Part shown: positions 1 to 9,714 of the stretch, piece after piece
Position numbering within the stretch: position 1 is the first letter of the stretch
Layout of the letters: every line of letters begins with the position of its first letter
Origin: Hydrogenobaculum sp.
Lineage (GTDB): Bacteria; Aquificota; Aquificia; Aquificales; Aquificaceae
Length of the DNA: 56,175 bases
NCBI GenBank assembly: GCA_002878215.1
Contig: PNJC01000044.1
Coordinates: 1 to 56,175, forward strand
Direction: 5' to 3'
The notes under the pieces: generated by a model
Told to the model about the DNA's origin: nothing
What the model saw: the letters and a program-made list of their open reading frames with translations, nothing else
Database searches by the model: none
Position numbers and translations under genes: made by a program

Positions 1-282
1 CAAATGCCAGACGGTACAAAAAAAGTGGTAAGGTTTGACATGAACCTTTTAAACTGCCTATTCTGTGGATTATGCGTGGATGCTTGCCCAGTAGAATGTC
101 TTACTATGTCGGATATACATGAGATGGCCGTTTACAGAAGGGCTCAAGCTGTCATTCATATGGATGATATGGAAAAAATAGGAGCTACAAACGCCACCGT
201 AGTTAGAAACTTGCCAGATAGAATATGGCGAGACGATAAAGAGAGAGAAACTCTCTGGGGTAAGGTGAAATGGAACTTTTAG
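1..282 (+). CDS. nuoI: NADH-quinone oxidoreductase subunit I, copy 1 (5'-truncated by window edge)
   Basis: CLFCGLCVDACP ferredoxin motif; frame open from position 1; directly upstream of nuoJ; homologous to 9088..9714. Confidence 0.92.
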   Translation, partial: QMPDGTKKVVRFDMNLLNCLFCGLCVDACPVECLTMSDIHEMAVYRRAQAVIHMDDMEKIGATNATVVRNLPDRIWRDDKERETLWGKVKWNF

Positions 283-767
283 TGTTCGTGGTTATTTCCA
301 CTATAGCTATTGCAAGCGCTTTAGGGGCTATTCTTGTCAAAAGCCCAATACACGTCATGGTATGGTTTCTTGGATTTATTTTATCAGTAGCAGCGTCTTT
401 TTTTGCCCTCAAAGCAGACTTGCTCGCTGGTTTGCAACTTGTAATATACGCAGTGGCTATAGTGGTTTTTTATGTGTTAGTAATTACCACTATACCTTGG
501 GAAAAGGTTAAGATGTTTGAGGGATTTTATAAAAAAGAGTTTGTATTTGCATTGCCAGCTTTCTTATTTACAGTAGGAGCTTCCATTTATCTTGTCATAA
601 ACTCAAGACTTTCTAATTTGAGACAGCCTTTACCAAAAGACAACGTAAGCGCTCTTGGAACGGTACTTTTCACAAAGTATATAGCACCTTTTGAGTTGGC
701 ATCATTTATTTTGTTAATAGCTATGATAGGTGCTATAATATTTGGCAAGGAGAAAGCCAATGGATAA
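270..767 (+). CDS. nuoJ: NADH-quinone oxidoreductase subunit J, copy 1
   Basis: Hydrophobic; LQLVIYAVAIVVF and PFELASFILLIAMIGAI motifs; gene order I-J-K-L. Confidence 0.93.
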   Translation: MELLVFVVISTIAIASALGAILVKSPIHVMVWFLGFILSVAASFFALKADLLAGLQLVIYAVAIVVFYVLVITTIPWEKVKMFEGFYKKEFVFALPAFLFTVGASIYLVINSRLSNLRQPLPKDNVSALGTVLFTKYIAPFELASFILLIAMIGAIIFGKEKANG

Positions 768-1056
768 ATACTACTTGCTTCTTGGTATAGTGCTTGTGTT
801 CATTGGTATTTTTGGTATTATAATAAGGAAAAACTTAATCACTATGCTAGTAGCCACTGAAATTATGCTAAACGGCGTAAACATATCTTTAGTATCTGTA
901 TCCCATTTTTTGGGAAAGGTGGATGCTCAGGTAATGAGTATAATAGTTTTGACTGTAGCTGCCTCAGAGGTGGCGATAGGCCTTGGTTTGGTGGTATCTA
1001 TTTTTAGATTAAAAGGTTATGAAGCTTCTGAAGAAATAACGGAGTTGAGGGATTGA
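760..1056 (+). CDS. nuoK: NADH-quinone oxidoreductase subunit K, copy 1
   Basis: RKNLI...EIMLN...AASEVAIGLG motifs with both conserved Glu; ATG at 760 after AAGGAG preferred over TTG at 742. Confidence 0.94.
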   Translation: MDKYYLLLGIVLVFIGIFGIIIRKNLITMLVATEIMLNGVNISLVSVSHFLGKVDAQVMSIIVLTVAASEVAIGLGLVVSIFRLKGYEASEEITELRD

Positions 1057-2748
1057 TGCAATCTCTAATACTTCTTTTCCCACTGCTATCCTTTATAACG
1101 ATAGGGCTGTTTGGCAGACGTATAGGTGATCTTGCATCAGGCGTAATAAACGCCGGTGCTGGTATATTGAGCTTTATAGTGGCTCTTATCACCATGCTGT
1201 CTATGAAAGGACCAGAAGATATAGTATTTTACAAATTCTTACCTTTATCAAACACATCTTTAGACATAGGTATATATATAGATAAACTGTCTATCACCAC
1301 TACAGTTACCGTTACTTTTGTAGCCAGTGTTATATTTGTATACGCAATAGGCTATATGAGATATCTTTTTGGTAACTGGACATTTAAATTCTTTGCATAC
1401 TTTAGTTTGTTCTTGTTCTCAATGCTTCTTATACTGCTGGGAGATTCTCTTATACTTATGTTCTTTGGATGGGAAGGTGTTGGTCTTGCATCTTATCTTT
1501 TGATAGGGTACTTTCATGAAGAAAAGTTTGCTACAAAGGCAAGTTTAGAAGCCTTTGTGATGAATAGAATAGGAGACTGGTCTTTTATTTTAGGTATCAT
1601 ATATACTTTTTGGTTGTTTGGTACGTTATCCTTGCCAAAACTTTTTGAGAACGCCAACTATGTTCCCGGTATCACTTTAGCTACGCTTCTTCTTTTTGGC
1701 GGTGCTGTGGGCAAATCAGGACAAATTCCTCTACATACGTGGCTTCCAAATGCAATGGCTGGTCCAACTCCTGTATCAGCACTTCTACACGCTGCTACAA
1801 TGGTGGCTGCTGGTGTTTACATGGTGGCAAGACTTTATCCAATATTTTCTTTGTCCCAAACAACGCTAAGCTATATAGCAATAACAGGTGTTGTTACAAT
1901 GCTTTTTGCCGCTTTGGTGGCTACAGTGCATGACGATATAAAAAAGATAATAGCTTTTTCTACCATGAGTCAATTGGCAATCATGTTTACAGCCCTTGGT
2001 ATGGGATTTCCAACAGCAGCTATGTTTCATCTTACAACACACGCTTTCTTTAAGGCTCTCTTGTTCTTAGCTGCCGGTGCTGTAATAACAGGGCTTCATC
2101 ATCACACTCAAAACATATTTGAAATGGGTGGTCTCAAAAAATACATGCCTATTACCTTTTCAGCTTTTATGATAGGTGCGTTGGCACTTTCTGGCTTTCC
2201 TCCCTTTGCCGGTTATTTTTCAAAAGATGCTATAGTATCTTCGGTAATGGATAAAAATACGCTTGTAGCCACGTTAATACTTGTAGCTTCTATGCTTACA
2301 GCTTATTACATAACCAGAGAAGCTTTTGTGGTGTTCTTAGGACAAGGGCATTACCATGAAGAACCTCACGAAGTAGAACCTATAATGAGCTTTCCAATGC
2401 TTATACTAAGCTTTCTATCCCTTATGGGTGGATTTTTGCTTTGGAACTATTTCTCCTACATGAACAGCTCTATAGAACCACCTTCTTCTTTCATAGCACA
2501 TTCTATTTACGGTATCTTAGTTGCCATAGTAGGTATATCTCTTTCTTATCTTTTGTATGTCAAAAAAATTGTAGATCCAAATACGCTTTACGAACTATTT
2601 AAGCCTATACACACTCTTATGAAATCTCAGTTTTACACAGAATACATCTATCACAACATAATAGCAAAAGGTTATCTTGCCATATCAAGGCTTATATATA
2701 AAGCAGTAGATCGTATAATAATAGATGGATTTGTGAACGGGGTGGCAA
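1055..2748 (+). repeat. Direct repeat copy A (1694 bp), covering nuoL-1 up to the lateral helix
   Basis: Matches 10555..12248 at a constant 9500-bp offset; proteins identical up to ...IDGFVNGVA; alternate-frame ORFs at 1739 and 11239 also identical; sequences diverge at 1054/10554 and 2749/12249. Identity spot-checked by eye, not computed. Confidence 0.95.
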
Positions 2749-2957
2749 AAGTATTTATGATTTTAGTAAGATTTGTTTGGGAATTTATAGATATAAGGTT
2801 TATAGACATAATATTACATAAAATTGTCATATGGACCTTTTCTTTTGGAAGAAAATTGAAGATTATTCAAAGTGGATATTTAAATCAGTATATATTTGTC
2901 ATTCTCTTAGGAATTGTGATAATATTAGGACTTATCATAAAAGGCATGAGGTTGTAG
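1056..2957 (+). CDS. nuoL: NADH-quinone oxidoreductase subunit L, copy 1 (long lateral-helix form, 633 aa)
   Basis: GWEGVGLASYLLIG, NRIGD, KSGQIPLHTWLPNAMAGPTPVSALLHAATMV, HAFFKALLFL motifs; ATG overlaps nuoK stop (TGATG). Confidence 0.96.
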   Translation: MQSLILLFPLLSFITIGLFGRRIGDLASGVINAGAGILSFIVALITMLSMKGPEDIVFYKFLPLSNTSLDIGIYIDKLSITTTVTVTFVASVIFVYAIGYMRYLFGNWTFKFFAYFSLFLFSMLLILLGDSLILMFFGWEGVGLASYLLIGYFHEEKFATKASLEAFVMNRIGDWSFILGIIYTFWLFGTLSLPKLFENANYVPGITLATLLLFGGAVGKSGQIPLHTWLPNAMAGPTPVSALLHAATMVAAGVYMVARLYPIFSLSQTTLSYIAITGVVTMLFAALVATVHDDIKKIIAFSTMSQLAIMFTALGMGFPTAAMFHLTTHAFFKALLFLAAGAVITGLHHHTQNIFEMGGLKKYMPITFSAFMIGALALSGFPPFAGYFSKDAIVSSVMDKNTLVATLILVASMLTAYYITREAFVVFLGQGHYHEEPHEVEPIMSFPMLILSFLSLMGGFLLWNYFSYMNSSIEPPSSFIAHSIYGILVAIVGISLSYLLYVKKIVDPNTLYELFKPIHTLMKSQFYTEYIYHNIIAKGYLAISRLIYKAVDRIIIDGFVNGVAKVFMILVRFVWEFIDIRFIDIILHKIVIWTFSFGRKLKIIQSGYLNQYIFVILLGIVIILGLIIKGMRL

Positions 2958-4463
2958 ATGGAATATATTACCAACGGCTCTGGACTTATAAGTATTTCGA
3001 TGTTAATCCCTGTTGCAACAACTATTTTAATAGTATTTTTGCCTGAGAAGTTTACAAAACCGATAGCTTTTGTTGGTTCGTTAATTACGTTTCTCATCTC
3101 TTTATATACTCTCAAATTTCTCAATTTCTCTAATCTGTCAGACATATACCTTTACGAAAATTATCCCATCGTAAAAGAGCTTGGTATTTCTTATGCTGTT
3201 GGTGTAGACGGGCTATCAGAGGTATTTTATATATTATCTACGTTCATATCTTTTTTAGCAATAGCTTGGTCGGTAAAGGATATTCAAATTAAAAGCAGGT
3301 TAAAAGAATATTATTCTATGTTTTTACTGACCACCACTTTTCTAATAGGGGTTTTTACGGCTTGGGATTTGATATTATTTTATATATTTTATGAGCTTAC
3401 CTTAGTGCCCATGATATTTGTAATAGGGGTTTGGGGATATAAATTAAGACTCTATTCTGCTTACAAATTTTTTATATATATCTTTATTTCTAGCTTGTTT
3501 TTGTTGTTTGGTATAATGATTTTATCCGCTGATAGTTTTAAGCAAACCGGTCATTTCAACGCCTTTTATCCAACACTTTTACATTTGCATCTTCCACTCA
3601 ATGAACAAATCTTTTTATTTTTATTGTTCTTCATAGCTTTTGCGGTTAAAACACCGCTGGTACCATTTCACACATGGCTTCCGGATGCTCACGGCGAAGC
3701 TCCTACAGCTGGTTCTGTAGTGCTGGCAGCTATACTCTTAAAGATGGGTTCTTACGCCTTTTTGAGATTTAACATAGGCCTTTTCCCAGAAGCCGCTAAA
3801 CACCTGTGGCTTGTGATGGTTTTTATAGGTATCCTAACAATAATTTACGCCTCTTGGATGACCATAGCCCAAAACAACATAAAGCGCTTCGTGGCTTATT
3901 CTTCTGTTAGTCATATGGGTTTTATAGTGGCAGCTATGTTTATGCTAAACTTTCAGGGTTTTAGAGCCTCTGTATTAGAGATGGTGGCTCATGGATTTTC
4001 TAGCGCATCTTTGTTCATGATAGCTGGATTTATATACAACAGGTTACACTCTTTTAACACAAAAACTATAGCTGGTTCCGTAAAATATATGCCTATTTTT
4101 TCAATACTTGTAGCCCTTACCGGTTTTTCTGCGATGGGACTACCTGGTGGTTCTTCTTTCTGGGGTAAATTTTTAACCATAGTATCTGCAAAAGAGCACA
4201 GCTTGGATTTAGCTTTGATAGTTATAGTTAGTGCATTTTTTAGCGCCATATATATGCTTTACTTTCTTAGAAACTTGTTTTTGGAAGGCAAGACCGAAGG
4301 TTCTTTTCTCATATTTACAGATATAAGAGGCATAAAACTAACGGTTATGCTTAGCCTTGTTGTGTTGATGTTTACCATAGGGCTTTTCCCGTTTTTATTT
4401 TTTAACATCTTTGATGCTTCTATATTGAATATACTTCATATTGTTGGAATGGTTAAGAGGTAG
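2958..4463 (+). CDS. nuoM: NADH-quinone oxidoreductase subunit M, copy 1 (TM12 Lys variant)
   Basis: VGVDGLS, FYELTLVPM, KTPLVPFHTWLPDAHGEAPTAGSVVLAAILLKMG, YSSVSHMG motifs. Confidence 0.93.
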   Translation: MEYITNGSGLISISMLIPVATTILIVFLPEKFTKPIAFVGSLITFLISLYTLKFLNFSNLSDIYLYENYPIVKELGISYAVGVDGLSEVFYILSTFISFLAIAWSVKDIQIKSRLKEYYSMFLLTTTFLIGVFTAWDLILFYIFYELTLVPMIFVIGVWGYKLRLYSAYKFFIYIFISSLFLLFGIMILSADSFKQTGHFNAFYPTLLHLHLPLNEQIFLFLLFFIAFAVKTPLVPFHTWLPDAHGEAPTAGSVVLAAILLKMGSYAFLRFNIGLFPEAAKHLWLVMVFIGILTIIYASWMTIAQNNIKRFVAYSSVSHMGFIVAAMFMLNFQGFRASVLEMVAHGFSSASLFMIAGFIYNRLHSFNTKTIAGSVKYMPIFSILVALTGFSAMGLPGGSSFWGKFLTIVSAKEHSLDLALIVIVSAFFSAIYMLYFLRNLFLEGKTEGSFLIFTDIRGIKLTVMLSLVVLMFTIGLFPFLFFNIFDASILNILHIVGMVKR

Positions 4464-4466
4464 TCT

Positions 4467-5948
4467 ATGGATATAAGGCTTCTACTGGGTTCTACAAACT
4501 TATACGAGTTTAAATACTTACTTCCAGAAATAACGGTGTTTTTTGGTGCATTTGTCTTATTTTTGCTAGATATCGTTATGAAAAACTCGGAAACAAAGAA
4601 GAGGGTTTTTCTATGGATATCAATTTTGTTTTTGGCTTTATCGGTGCTTAGTTTTTCATTTAAAAGTGCATTTTTTAAAGATGTTTTCTCTGGTACCTAT
4701 ACTATAGACACGCTTGGTATGTTTTCTAAAATTTTTGAGATAGTTCTCACACTAATGGTATTGCCATTTTTACACACTTACATGAATAAAAAGAATACAT
4801 TTTATTACGAAGTTTATTATATAACCTTTCTAAGTTTGCTAGGTATGATGACGCTTTCTTCTTCTTACAATCTTGTTGTAATATATGTGTCGCTTGAGAT
4901 GGTGTCTATTAGTTTTTATATAATGACAGCTCTTTTTAGAGGGTCTTTTATATCAAAAGAAGGTGCTTACAAATACCTTATTATAGGTGGTATAAGTATA
5001 ATAATAGCTCTTTATGGTGCAGCCTTTATGTATGCAGCTTCTAAATCCTTGGATATAAGAGCCATTATGTCTTCTTACAACGATGCAAACGCAGCTTATC
5101 TTATAGTGGGTATGATATTGTTTTTATTAGCTTTTGCTATAAAAATTGGTATAATACCCTTTCATTTTTGGCTTCCGGATGCTTATACTGCAGCTCCTAC
5201 TCCTATAACCGGCTTTATGGCATCAGCTGGTAAGCTGGCGTTTTTTATACCTTTACTAAGGTTAGTGCCTTACGTAAACCAACATTTATATTCATCTTGG
5301 ATGATATCCGTAAGTATATTAGCTGCCGCCACCATGATAGTGGGTAATGCTTTGGCTTTGGTACAAAGCGATTTAAAAAGACTATTGGCTTACTCTTCAA
5401 TAGCCCATAGCGGATATATACTCTCTGTGTTGTCTTCTAACTCTAGTATGGGTTTAAAAGCTGCGATATATTTTGTGTTTGTTTATAGTGTAATGGGACT
5501 TGGTGCTTTCTTGGTATTAAGCGTGTTAGAACAAGCTGAGGAATGGGACAATCAACTTCCTAAAATAGGTGGACTATATAGAAACACTGGATTTTTGAGC
5601 ATAAGTTTTGCAGTATTCATATTTGCATTGTTAGGAATTCCGCCAACAGTAGGTTTTGTAGGTAAGGCTTTAGTATTTTTGGGGCTTGCTATAAAAAATA
5701 TATATTGGCTTGGATTTGTTCTAATATTGGCTACGGCTATATCTACCGGTTATTACGTAAGGATCGTGGTACTTATGTTTATGAAAGATGTGGAATTTCG
5801 CTTCAAACCACATTATGATATATTAGAAAATGTGTCTATAAGCCTTTTAGTTTTTCTTACTTTTGTGCTTGGGATGTTTCCGTTTGTACTTTGGAATGGT
5901 ATTAGCAATATTTCGGAATTTTTATTTAAAATAGCTAACTTGAGGTGA
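4467..5948 (+). CDS. nuoN: NADH-quinone oxidoreductase subunit N, copy 1
   Basis: [46 protein letters not shown] motifs. Confidence 0.94.
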   Translation: MDIRLLLGSTNLYEFKYLLPEITVFFGAFVLFLLDIVMKNSETKKRVFLWISILFLALSVLSFSFKSAFFKDVFSGTYTIDTLGMFSKIFEIVLTLMVLPFLHTYMNKKNTFYYEVYYITFLSLLGMMTLSSSYNLVVIYVSLEMVSISFYIMTALFRGSFISKEGAYKYLIIGGISIIIALYGAAFMYAASKSLDIRAIMSSYNDANAAYLIVGMILFLLAFAIKIGIIPFHFWLPDAYTAAPTPITGFMASAGKLAFFIPLLRLVPYVNQHLYSSWMISVSILAAATMIVGNALALVQSDLKRLLAYSSIAHSGYILSVLSSNSSMGLKAAIYFVFVYSVMGLGAFLVLSVLEQAEEWDNQLPKIGGLYRNTGFLSISFAVFIFALLGIPPTVGFVGKALVFLGLAIKNIYWLGFVLILATAISTGYYVRIVVLMFMKDVEFRFKPHYDILENVSISLLVFLTFVLGMFPFVLWNGISNISEFLFKIANLR

Positions 5949-5953
5949 TTTGT

Positions 5954-6325
5954 ATGGCTTATATAGGTCTTTTATCTTTGTTGGCTGTTATGCTTGGGTT
6001 GAGCGTTGTGCTTATATCGTTGAACTGGCTTTTAGGGCCTAAGAAAAAAGAGCCTTACAAAACCTATCCTTACGAATGTGGTGTTCCTCTTTACGATGAT
6101 ACCGCTCAGACTACGTTCCATCAAGGGTATTATATATTAGGTCTTCTTCTGCTGTTGTTTGATATAGAAGTAGCCTATTTATTTCCTTGGGCTGTTGTTT
6201 ATAACTATCTTGGTATATTTGGATTTATAGAAGTGTTTTTGTTTCTTTTGATTTTAACGTTTGGTTTGGTGTATGCCTGGAAAAAAGAAGCGCTTGATTG
6301 GCAGTTTGATTTGGAGAGTTTGTGA
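5954..6325 (+). CDS. nuoA: NADH-quinone oxidoreductase subunit A
   Basis: PYECG and LFDIEVAYLFPWA motifs, C-terminal AWKKEALDW; ATG at 5954 after GAGGTG. Confidence 0.95.
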   Translation: MAYIGLLSLLAVMLGLSVVLISLNWLLGPKKKEPYKTYPYECGVPLYDDTAQTTFHQGYYILGLLLLLFDIEVAYLFPWAVVYNYLGIFGFIEVFLFLLILTFGLVYAWKKEALDWQFDLESL

Positions 6326-8040
6326 TGCAAGCAAGTGAAAGGACTTTAAACGAAATAAAAGCTAAGCTACCTTATGTAGAAGTTAAAAAGGATAAATTAT
6401 TATCTGTAGTTTATGTACAAAAAGAATTGCTTATCAATACTTTAAAAGCTATAAAAGAAGACTTTGGCTTTAAGCTTTTCATAGACCATTCTGTAGTGGA
6501 TACTTTAGAGGCTCAAAATCGTTTTGAGGCTTTTTATATACTGTACAACGTTGATACAAAAGAACGTATAGTAGTAAAGACTAGAACTGAGCATTCGTTG
6601 CCAAGCGCAGAAAAGTTATGGTTTGCAGCTAAATGGGCCGAAAGAGAATGCTACGATATGTTTGGTATAAACTATGAGGGTCACGAACATCTAGTTAGGG
6701 CTTTCATGTGGGATACTTATAGCCATCATCCGTTGAGAAAAGATTTTCCGTTGCAAGGTTATGAAACAGTAGAACTACCTTCCTTAAATGAAACTGTTTT
6801 TGGAGACACCCTTTCTGGTACTATGAACTATAGACGCACGCACACATATGTGCCTACGCTGAAAGATTTGGAATATACAGAAAGAAATAGGATAAAAAAG
6901 AAAGCTCAGGTAGTGCTCAACTGGGGTCCGCTTCACCCTGGGACTCACGGCACTATGTGGTTTTTGTTTGACCTTGAAGGAGAGCGTATAGTACAAACCG
7001 ATGTCATACTTGGGCAACTTCATAGAGGCGTTGAAAAGTTAGCAGAACACGAACCCTATCAACAATTTTTGGTATATACAGACAGAATGGATTATATATC
7101 TGCTCTTTGTAGCAATCAGGCTTGGACTGTGGCTGTAGAAAGGCTTCTTGGCATAGAAGATATTGTACCGCTAAAAGCCAAATACATAAGAACCATGATG
7201 TCTGAATTACAACGTATAAACTCTCATCTTCTTTGGCTTGGAACTTACGCTCTTGATTTGGGTGCTTTAACTATATTTTTATACGCTTTTAAAGAAAGAG
7301 AAAAAATAATGGATATAATAGAAGGCATAACGGGCGCAAGACTCACTATATCTTATACAAGAATAGGTGGAGTGAGAATGGACCTACCGGAAGGGGCTTT
7401 AGAAGTTATTGAATCTTTTATAAAGTTTTTCCCTAAAGAGTTAAAAGACTGGGAGAAAATACTTAGTAGAAATAGAATATGGGTTAAAAGAAACAAAGAT
7501 GTAGGTGTTTTATCTAAAGAAGACATATATTTTTACGGGCTTACAGGTGCTGTTGCAAGAGGTTCTGGTGTATTTTACGATATAAGAAAATTAGAACCCT
7601 ACGATGCTTACAGCATGGTGGAATTTGATGTACCCTTGGGGGAAAACGGCGATTGTTACGATAGATACCTTGTCCGTATAGAAGAGATGAAACAAAGTAT
7701 AAGGATAATAGAGCAATGTGTTCAAAAGCTGAAAACTATGTCGCCAAACGAGCCTTTTATGGCAGAATCTCAAGACCCTAAAAAACTAAAACTTACATTG
7801 GATGGTATAGGCTTGAAAGTACCAGCTGGGGAGATTTATTCCTCAGGAGAAAACCCGCGAGGTGAGCTTGGGTTTTATATAAATTCAAAAGGCGGTTTAA
7901 AGCCTTACAGAGTAAAGATAAGACCGGGCTCTTTTTATAATCTTTGTGTATATCCTCATCTTATGGAAAATAGGTATGTGGCAGATGCTGTTACTATATT
8001 GGCAAGCCTTGACCCTGTTGTTGGGGAGGTAGATAGATGA
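6325..8040 (+). CDS. nuoCD: NADH-quinone oxidoreductase fused subunit C/D
   Basis: NuoC motifs WAERECYDMFGI and HPLRKDFPL, followed by NuoD motifs NWGPLHPGTHG, LHRGVEK, DRMDY, C-terminal GEVDR. Confidence 0.96.
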   Translation: MQASERTLNEIKAKLPYVEVKKDKLLSVVYVQKELLINTLKAIKEDFGFKLFIDHSVVDTLEAQNRFEAFYILYNVDTKERIVVKTRTEHSLPSAEKLWFAAKWAERECYDMFGINYEGHEHLVRAFMWDTYSHHPLRKDFPLQGYETVELPSLNETVFGDTLSGTMNYRRTHTYVPTLKDLEYTERNRIKKKAQVVLNWGPLHPGTHGTMWFLFDLEGERIVQTDVILGQLHRGVEKLAEHEPYQQFLVYTDRMDYISALCSNQAWTVAVERLLGIEDIVPLKAKYIRTMMSELQRINSHLLWLGTYALDLGALTIFLYAFKEREKIMDIIEGITGARLTISYTRIGGVRMDLPEGALEVIESFIKFFPKELKDWEKILSRNRIWVKRNKDVGVLSKEDIYFYGLTGAVARGSGVFYDIRKLEPYDAYSMVEFDVPLGENGDCYDRYLVRIEEMKQSIRIIEQCVQKLKTMSPNEPFMAESQDPKKLKLTLDGIGLKVPAGEIYSSGENPRGELGFYINSKGGLKPYRVKIRPGSFYNLCVYPHLMENRYVADAVTILASLDPVVGEVDR

Positions 8041-9083
8041 GTATAGTAGCTTTGGGTATCATAATAGCTATCAAAGTAGTAGTTATACTAGCCATAATAC
8101 TTGGTATAGGTGCTTACCTTACGCTAGTGGAAAGAAAGGTGGCAGCTCACATTCAAAGACGCCCAGGTCCAATGGTGGTGGGTTGGCACGGGCTTTTACA
8201 ACCTTTGGCAGACGGTATTAAGCTTTTAACAAAGGAAGATATATTGCCGTCTTCTGCAAATCAAGTACTTTACAATCTAGCTATCATTATGGCTTTGGTC
8301 CCAGCTTCTTTGGTGTTTGCTGTAGTACCTTTTGGACCAGAGATACATGTGTTTGGTTACGATGTAAAACCTATACTTACAGATGTAAACATTGGCATAA
8401 TAATGGCGTTTGCTTTTGGGTCTTTAGCGGTATATGGAGTAGCCCTTTCTGGATGGGCTTCAAATAGTAAATACGCTTTAATAGGTGCTCTTAGAAAAGC
8501 TGGTATTATCATATCCTACGAGGTGGTAATTACATTTGCAGCGTTAGGACCTATTATGTTGGCAAAGTCTCTTTCCACATACGATATAGTAATGGCTCAA
8601 ATCCATCAGAAGGTTTGGTATATTTTCTTACAACCTATATCTTTTGTAGTATTTGTTTTTGCGCTTTTGGCAGAAACCGGAAGAGTGCCTTTTGATATCC
8701 AAGAAGCAGAGGCTGAACTCGTAACAGGTTTTACAGTAGAATACGGCGGTATGAAATTTGGATTATTTCCTTTGGTGGAATGGTACGTAGAAGTGCTTTC
8801 TCTATCCTCTATATTGACTGTGCTCTACCTTGGTGGTTGGAGTCCTATAAATATACCTTTTGTAGGATTTGTAGACCCTCTTTTCTTTTTGGGACCATGG
8901 TCTGGCTTTATTTGGTTTATAATAAAAGTTACCATTTTGTTTTTGCTTGTGCTTTGGCTTCATTGGACGTTGCCAAGGTATAGAATAGACCAAATTACTA
9001 CGATAGCGTGGAAAGTGATGTTGCCTTTGGCACTTTTTAACATACTTATAACTGCCTTTATAGCACCTTTGTTGAGAGGTTAG
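8037..9083 (+). CDS. nuoH: NADH-quinone oxidoreductase subunit H
   Basis: ERKVAAHIQRRPGP, LADGIKLLTKE, AETGRVPFDIQEAEAELVTGF, PRYRIDQ motifs. Confidence 0.96.
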   Translation: MSIVALGIIIAIKVVVILAIILGIGAYLTLVERKVAAHIQRRPGPMVVGWHGLLQPLADGIKLLTKEDILPSSANQVLYNLAIIMALVPASLVFAVVPFGPEIHVFGYDVKPILTDVNIGIIMAFAFGSLAVYGVALSGWASNSKYALIGALRKAGIIISYEVVITFAALGPIMLAKSLSTYDIVMAQIHQKVWYIFLQPISFVVFVFALLAETGRVPFDIQEAEAELVTGFTVEYGGMKFGLFPLVEWYVEVLSLSSILTVLYLGGWSPINIPFVGFVDPLFFLGPWSGFIWFIIKVTILFLLVLWLHWTLPRYRIDQITTIAWKVMLPLALFNILITAFIAPLLRG

Positions 9084-9087
9084 GATT

Positions 9088-9714
9088 ATGATAAAGAAAG
9101 TTTTTGAAAAACCTTTAAACTTTTTGGAAACTATACTTTTCTTGGATTTTATAAAGGGTATGTCTATCACTATCAAGCAAGCCTTTACAAAGACTATAAC
9201 TACTCATTATCCTTATGAAAAATTAACACCTCCTAAAAGATTTAGGGGATTTTTTGGCCACAAAACGGTAAACGGCTTGGAACCGCAACCGGCTTTTGAC
9301 GAATGGGTAGAGAGAATGAAAATAGAGCCCCGTCCAGGTCAGTCAAGGTGTGTTGTATGCTATTTATGTAAAAAAGCTTGCCCAGTACCAGATTTATTTG
9401 AGATAGATGGTCAAAAACTTGAAAACGGTAAAAAGGTCGTATCTGTATTCAATATGAACCTTATGCTTTGCACATTTTGTGGTTTGTGTGTAGATGCTTG
9501 CCCAGTAGATTGTTTATTCCAAAGCGATATACACGAAACAGCTTCTTTTTCAAGAAAAGATTCTATTTTAAACTTAGAAAAGCTTGAAGCTATAGGTAAA
9601 TCTTGGCAAGACAGAAGAGAGCATGAGCCAGACCGTATATGGATAGACGATGATGCTAGACAAGCTCTTTGGAGAGAAAACAAATTAAATCTTAAAAAGG
9701 TGGACAATGCTTAA
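9088..9714 (+). CDS. nuoI: NADH-quinone oxidoreductase subunit I, copy 2
   Basis: THYPYEK...RFRG motif; two CxxCxxCxxxCP motifs (CVVCYLCKKACP, CTFCGLCVDACP). Confidence 0.95.
   Translation: MIKKVFEKPLNFLETILFLDFIKGMSITIKQAFTKTITTHYPYEKLTPPKRFRGFFGHKTVNGLEPQPAFDEWVERMKIEPRPGQSRCVVCYLCKKACPVPDLFEIDGQKLENGKKVVSVFNMNLMLCTFCGLCVDACPVDCLFQSDIHETASFSRKDSILNLEKLEAIGKSWQDRREHEPDRIWIDDDARQALWRENKLNLKKVDNA

Noticed and set aside
1739-1933. Identical 64-aa Cys-rich ORFs at 1739 and 11239
   Set aside because: Alternate-frame by-products inside the duplicated nuoL tract; useful only as evidence of nucleotide identity
6325-8040. Possibility that the nuo-like cluster is a group 4 NiFe hydrogenase or an Mrp antiporter
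   Set aside because: The CD subunit lacks the CxxC Ni-binding pairs and keeps the quinone-site His and Tyr motifs and the GEVDR end; nuoA, H, J and K are present
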